The position numbers were made by a program, and so were the translations under genes. Of a stretch of 64,000 nt of DNA, positions 60,026 to 64,000 are shown one piece after another. The stretch lies in assembly GCA_048885925.1 (NCBI GenBank), contig JBHLLG010000005.1:26867-90866 (forward strand), given 5' to 3'. The notes beneath the pieces were generated by a model. That model was not told where the DNA came from. It ran no database searches and was given only the letters and a program-made list of their open reading frames with translations. Numbering within the stretch: position 1 is the stretch's first letter; every line of letters begins with the position of its first letter. The DNA comes from Candidatus Hermodarchaeota archaeon (GTDB lineage Archaea > Asgardarchaeota > Lokiarchaeia > Sigyniarchaeales > SOKP01).

Positions 60026-60949
60026 TTAAATTTTATTAATTAATTCCTTTATTTTGTTATCAAAACCATATAGTTCTTTTGCTAATTTTATAGCTCTTTC
60101 TATATTATTTTTTAATTGAGTTAGAATATTAGTTGTTTCCTCTTCTTCAAAATTAGTTGAAATTTCAATTAATCTATCTATTGGATCAGCTAAATCATTA
60201 TAGAGATATAATCTTTCTTGATCTAATTCGCTTATGGATTTATCGAATTCTTTATACAATATTTCACGTTCCTTAATTAAATCAGGAAAGGTTCCTACTT
60301 GTTCTCCTTTGTTTTCTAAGAAGGAAGCAATTTCTGTTTCTTGAATAAATGCTGCTAATTCTGCTGCTTTTAAAAAACTTTTCTTAGCTTTTTTAAATTG
60401 TTTATCATTTAATAATCCTTCAGCAATTTTTACCTCAGCAGCTAGCTTTTCTGGAATTTCCTCGCCAAGATCAATTAATTCTCTTGCTTCTTGAAGCATT
60501 CCATCGTCCAACATCTTTTTAGTTCTTTCATTCATTGTCTCTTTTATTATTTTTGGTTCTTGTAGCTTTTGTATCAAACTCAAAATATCATTTAATCCAT
60601 TTTTTAAAATCTCAGTCATCTTCTTCTTATCACTAGAAAAATCCTGAATAACTTTTTCTTCTATGTTTTTAAATGCACTTTTTAGTGATATAAGGTCCTC
60701 TCCTTCTTTTAACAGGAAACATAGATACAGATTTTCTTTATTAATGGATTCTGCGTTGATTTTTCCAGAATAATAGCGATCATTATCTTTACGAATAGTT
60801 ACATTCAAAAGCTCTTTTTTTCCATGTTTTTCAGAAAATTCCTTTAGAATTTCTGATGGAATTTTGTCATCTTGCTTTAAATAATATTCACCTAATATAT
60901 TTGGTCCAAAAGATGGATCGATCTCATATAGAATTATTGCACTTGGCAT
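60026..60949 (-). CDS. uDENN/longin-like N-terminal domain + helical region
   Basis: IILYEIDPSFGPNI matches the (F/I)DxxxGP longin/uDENN start. Confidence 0.6.
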   Translation of the reverse strand: MPSAIILYEIDPSFGPNILGEYYLKQDDKIPSEILKEFSEKHGKKELLNVTIRKDNDRYYSGKINAESINKENLYLCFLLKEGEDLISLKSAFKNIEEKVIQDFSSDKKKMTEILKNGLNDILSLIQKLQEPKIIKETMNERTKKMLDDGMLQEARELIDLGEEIPEKLAAEVKIAEGLLNDKQFKKAKKSFLKAAELAAFIQETEIASFLENKGEQVGTFPDLIKEREILYKEFDKSISELDQERLYLYNDLADPIDRLIEISTNFEEEETTNILTQLKNNIERAIKLAKELYGFDNKIKELINKI

Positions 60950-61194
60950 AACATAACATCTCTGATTAGTTCTAATTTCTATTTATTTTAATACTATTGA
61001 TTTAGTAAGCAATTGATTTTAAATTTTTATTGATCAAAATTAATAAGCTAAAATGGAAAAAAAGGGATAGGCAACCTAGATAAAAATAAAACTTAATAAC
61101 CAATTAAGGCGATATTTGAGATTTGTTTGTTATTACGAAAATGAGGGTTAAAAGAAATGTCTTTTTATTAAATTATTCACAGTTCTTAATAGCT

Positions 61195-61878
61195 TTATTT
61201 ATCTAGAGATAAAGGTTCTTTTCTAATGGGTTTCATAAAATTTTTCGGTGAATTACTATTATACCATTTTGGATATTTTTCAGTAAATATTTGATCAATT
61301 TTCTCTCGTGGGACATCTACATAAGTACCCCAGTCACCTATATATTCTACAAAGAGATTCCCCTCTGTATCATACGGGGCGAATAAAGCATCATTTTCTC
61401 CATCAAATTCTACCATAGGAAAGAAATTCCCCTTTATACAAGTTTTTTGATCGAAAATAGGTGCTGCTTTTACCCATTTCCCCTTTAAATAAAGTTCACT
61501 ATAAGCATGGCAATGGAACGCCTTTGTACCCATTAAGTCAACTAGTCTTTGAGAAATTTTATGATTAATAATGTCAACCATATGAATACGAGCAGGAATA
61601 CCAATAGCTCGTGCTAAAGTTGATAGTAATGTAGATTTCGACATACAAAATCCATATTTTCTCCGCATTGTGACAGAGGCTTTAAGATTTGCTTTAATTT
61701 TAGGATAATATGAAAAAGCATTATACTTAATTTCATCTCTTACCCAATAAAATAGAGCAATTGCTTTCTCCTTTTCGGATTTCAAATCTTTAGTTATTTC
61801 AAAAGCTTTTTTACTTACTAGTTTTTTATTAAAATCAAAAAACTCTGTAGGTTTTAGATAAATCTCCATATCCTCCAT
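61195..61878 (-). CDS. Transglutaminase-like protein
   Basis: WVRDEIKY, GFCMSKS, ARAIGIPAR, HAYSE. Confidence 0.88.
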   Translation of the reverse strand: MEDMEIYLKPTEFFDFNKKLVSKKAFEITKDLKSEKEKAIALFYWVRDEIKYNAFSYYPKIKANLKASVTMRRKYGFCMSKSTLLSTLARAIGIPARIHMVDIINHKISQRLVDLMGTKAFHCHAYSELYLKGKWVKAAPIFDQKTCIKGNFFPMVEFDGENDALFAPYDTEGNLFVEYIGDWGTYVDVPREKIDQIFTEKYPKWYNSNSPKNFMKPIRKEPLSLDK

Positions 61879-61936
61879 AATAAATAAAAAAAAGGAAAAT
61901 TCTTAAAGATTTTTTTAATTGGATATAAGTTATTGC

Positions 61937-62587
61937 CTATTTTTTATTAAGTGTCTTAATGCCTTTTTCTAATACATATTTGTAATATTTCTTTCTTATG
62001 ACCTTATCCATTTTTTCATAAGGAAGATCAGCAAATACACCTCTATCTTTTAAATATTCAATGAAAAGATTGCCATCCGGGTCATATTTTGAAAGGATTC
62101 CGTCATTAATTCCATCGAATTCAACAAGAGGTAAAAATCCAGCTTTGGAAGCAGTATTTTTATCAAATACGGGTGTTACTTTTATCCAATTATTATTAAT
62201 AAATAATTCACTATAACCATGGAAATAGAATTTATTAGTTCCTAACAAATCAATTGTTTCTTGGGTTACTTTATTATTTCTAATGTCTGCCAAATGAACA
62301 CGTGCAGGGATTCCCACAGCTCTAGCAAAGGAGGATAATAAAACTGCTTTTGAAACACAGAATCCATAACCTCTGCGTAATGTAACACTTGCTTTGAAGT
62401 TGCTCTTTATCATATAAAAAGCGCTCATATTATACTTTATTTTATCTCTCACCCAATAAAATAAAGCTATAGCCTTTTCTTTTTCTGTTTTTAAACCTCC
62501 AGTAATCTCAAAAGCTTTAGTGCTAACTGATTTTTTATTGTAATCTAAAAACTCAGTTGGTTGCAAATAAATGTTCAAATTTTCCAT
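61937..62587 (-). CDS. Transglutaminase-like protein (tandem paralog; likely start ATG 62587)
   Basis: MENLNIYLQPTEF aligns with the neighbour's MEDMEIYLKPTEF; GFCVSKA, HGYSE. Confidence 0.88.
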   Translation of the reverse strand: MENLNIYLQPTEFLDYNKKSVSTKAFEITGGLKTEKEKAIALFYWVRDKIKYNMSAFYMIKSNFKASVTLRRGYGFCVSKAVLLSSFARAVGIPARVHLADIRNNKVTQETIDLLGTNKFYFHGYSELFINNNWIKVTPVFDKNTASKAGFLPLVEFDGINDGILSKYDPDGNLFIEYLKDRGVFADLPYEKMDKVIRKKYYKYVLEKGIKTLNKK

Positions 62588-62730
62588 GATTAGTAAAAAA
62601 ATCAATAATTTTAGAAGATTACTTTTAAAATTCTTTAAGAAAGGATCCAATACAACTACTATAAAAATATATTTAAATAATTCTATTATTACTTTAAAAT
62701 TGAGATTTTTCATCAGATTTGTGAATAAAT

Positions 62731-64000
62731 TTGACTGTTTCTTTATTGTTGATTCGCTTTGATCCCTATTATGGTCCAAAAATAGTATTAAGAGCACCAA
62801 AATCATTAGATGATGATCTAATTCAAGATATTCCTTCCTTAATTGAACTACAAACTGAGGGTGCTTTTATTCATATATTTAAGGAAATAAAAACAGCAAA
62901 TTTATTTTTTAAAATACCAAATAAGTATGCACGAGGAGGTTATGAAAGCTTTCTAGTGAGTATAATTACAGAAATTGATAGTACCTTAAACCTAATGCTT
63001 GCAAACAAATTACTTGAAGGCTTTGCTGAATATATTATAAATCTTGAGAATGCTTTCCTTGCTTTCGACTATGAACCTAAAGATATTAAAGCAGATCCCT
63101 ATAAATTGAAAGAAGTCGAGAGGTTTTTTTTTTCCTATTTTGAATCAATTAAACCGACAATCAAAACATTGGAAATGGCGGAGCATCGATATCAAGCACT
63201 ATTTCAAGCTGCCCGGGATGCAATTTTCATAGTTAATCGCGACTCAGGATTAATTATTGACGCTAATTTAGAAGCTGAAAAACTAATAGAAAAAAGCAAA
63301 GAAGAAATTATTGGCTATAAAGCATTAGATCTTGATCTATTTGATGAAGGTTTGGCAGATCCAAGTATAGTTGAACATTTAATTGATCAACCACCTCCTA
63401 TCATTTCAAGAATAAAAAAATCGACTGGTAAACAGTTATATCTTGAAGTTAGTGTGAATAAGATCCAGTTAGGTGATGAAAATTATATTCAATATCTATT
63501 TCATGATCTTTCTGATATCCATATAGTAGAAGAAAAACTTAAAGAACATGCCAAAAAGATTGACACCTTGAATAAGTTTATTAGTCTAGCTAATCAAGCT
63601 AATAATTTGAAAGAGTTATTCAAAAAGACAATAGACTACCTAATTGATTTTCTGACCTTAAAAGGTTGTTGTATTTATCTTGTAAATAAACTTCAAAAAA
63701 TTGCTCAAATTAAAGCCCATAGAGGACTACCACAATTCTTTTTTGAACAAAACAATAATTTAATAATTTATAAACATCCTTATGAAATTGTTTATTCTCA
63801 AGGAGTTGCATTATTTAATAAAAATTTTCCAGAGATCATTAAGAGATTTCTTATAGGACATGAATCGAGTTTTGGTGCGGTTATTCCATTATTTTCCAAA
63901 TTTGAGATTATTGGTTCGATTACTATGCTTTTTGATGATAGAACATCTCTTTCTACTGAAGATATGGAATTAATAGTCTCAATTGGATTAGAATTGGGAG
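62731..64000 (+). CDS. uDENN/longin-like + PAS + GAF signalling protein (partial, probably a sensor kinase)
   Basis: Manual translation from TTG: MTVSLLLIRFDPYYGPKI...ARGG; EHRYQALFQAARDAIFIV...DAN.EAEKL (PAS); KGCCIYLV...AVIPLFSKFEIIGSI (GAF); open to window end. Confidence 0.8.
   Translation, partial: MTVSLLLIRFDPYYGPKIVLRAPKSLDDDLIQDIPSLIELQTEGAFIHIFKEIKTANLFFKIPNKYARGGYESFLVSIITEIDSTLNLMLANKLLEGFAEYIINLENAFLAFDYEPKDIKADPYKLKEVERFFFSYFESIKPTIKTLEMAEHRYQALFQAARDAIFIVNRDSGLIIDANLEAEKLIEKSKEEIIGYKALDLDLFDEGLADPSIVEHLIDQPPPIISRIKKSTGKQLYLEVSVNKIQLGDENYIQYLFHDLSDIHIVEEKLKEHAKKIDTLNKFISLANQANNLKELFKKTIDYLIDFLTLKGCCIYLVNKLQKIAQIKAHRGLPQFFFEQNNNLIIYKHPYEIVYSQGVALFNKNFPEIIKRFLIGHESSFGAVIPLFSKFEIIGSITMLFDDRTSLSTEDMELIVSIGLELG

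Noticed and set aside
265-62762. Numerous short ORFs in the track that overlap longer genes (e.g. 265-474, 2284-2562, 8603-8869, 28960-29349, 48178-48597)
   Set aside because: Antisense or alternate-frame shadows of well-supported genes, with no motifs.
62588-62806. N-terminal extension of the track ORF 61937-62806
   Set aside because: It overlaps the opposite-strand gene starting at 62731, and the paralog alignment places the start at 62587.
1-64000. CRISPR arrays, rRNA genes, transposases, integrases
   Set aside because: No regularly spaced repeats, long GC-rich structural RNA or recognisable transposase/integrase motifs were seen.

Overview
Very AT-rich archaeal DNA, most likely from a Lokiarchaeon (Asgard). 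This rests on a gelsolin-like gene, longin/uDENN-like genes, HEAT-LRR paralogs, UGA-containing hdrA/vhuD and a eukaryote-type SECIS. Main discovery: the AMP phosphorylase gene, split into two ORFs in the track, is interrupted inside its conserved DKHST^GGVPGNK motif by a 30-nt stop-containing insert (19030-19059, minus). The insert folds into a bulge-helix-bulge/loop splice motif, and canonical cleavage restores the motif exactly, so it is a candidate endonuclease-spliced mRNA intron. A tRNA-His(GUG) in the same window has a 30-nt intron with identical geometry at non-canonical position 32/33. Other signals: five in-frame UGA (Sec) codons in hdrA-vhuD with one visible SECIS, two genes that appear to start at ATT, a HisC homolog lacking the PLP lysine, an FrhB-PyrK fusion, a non-Pyl MttB/corrinoid/homocysteine methyltransferase trio, longin-fused receptor-like proteins and an inverted-repeat-flanked DUF4256 insert. 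All calls come from reading motifs by eye; no database searches or folding programs were run.
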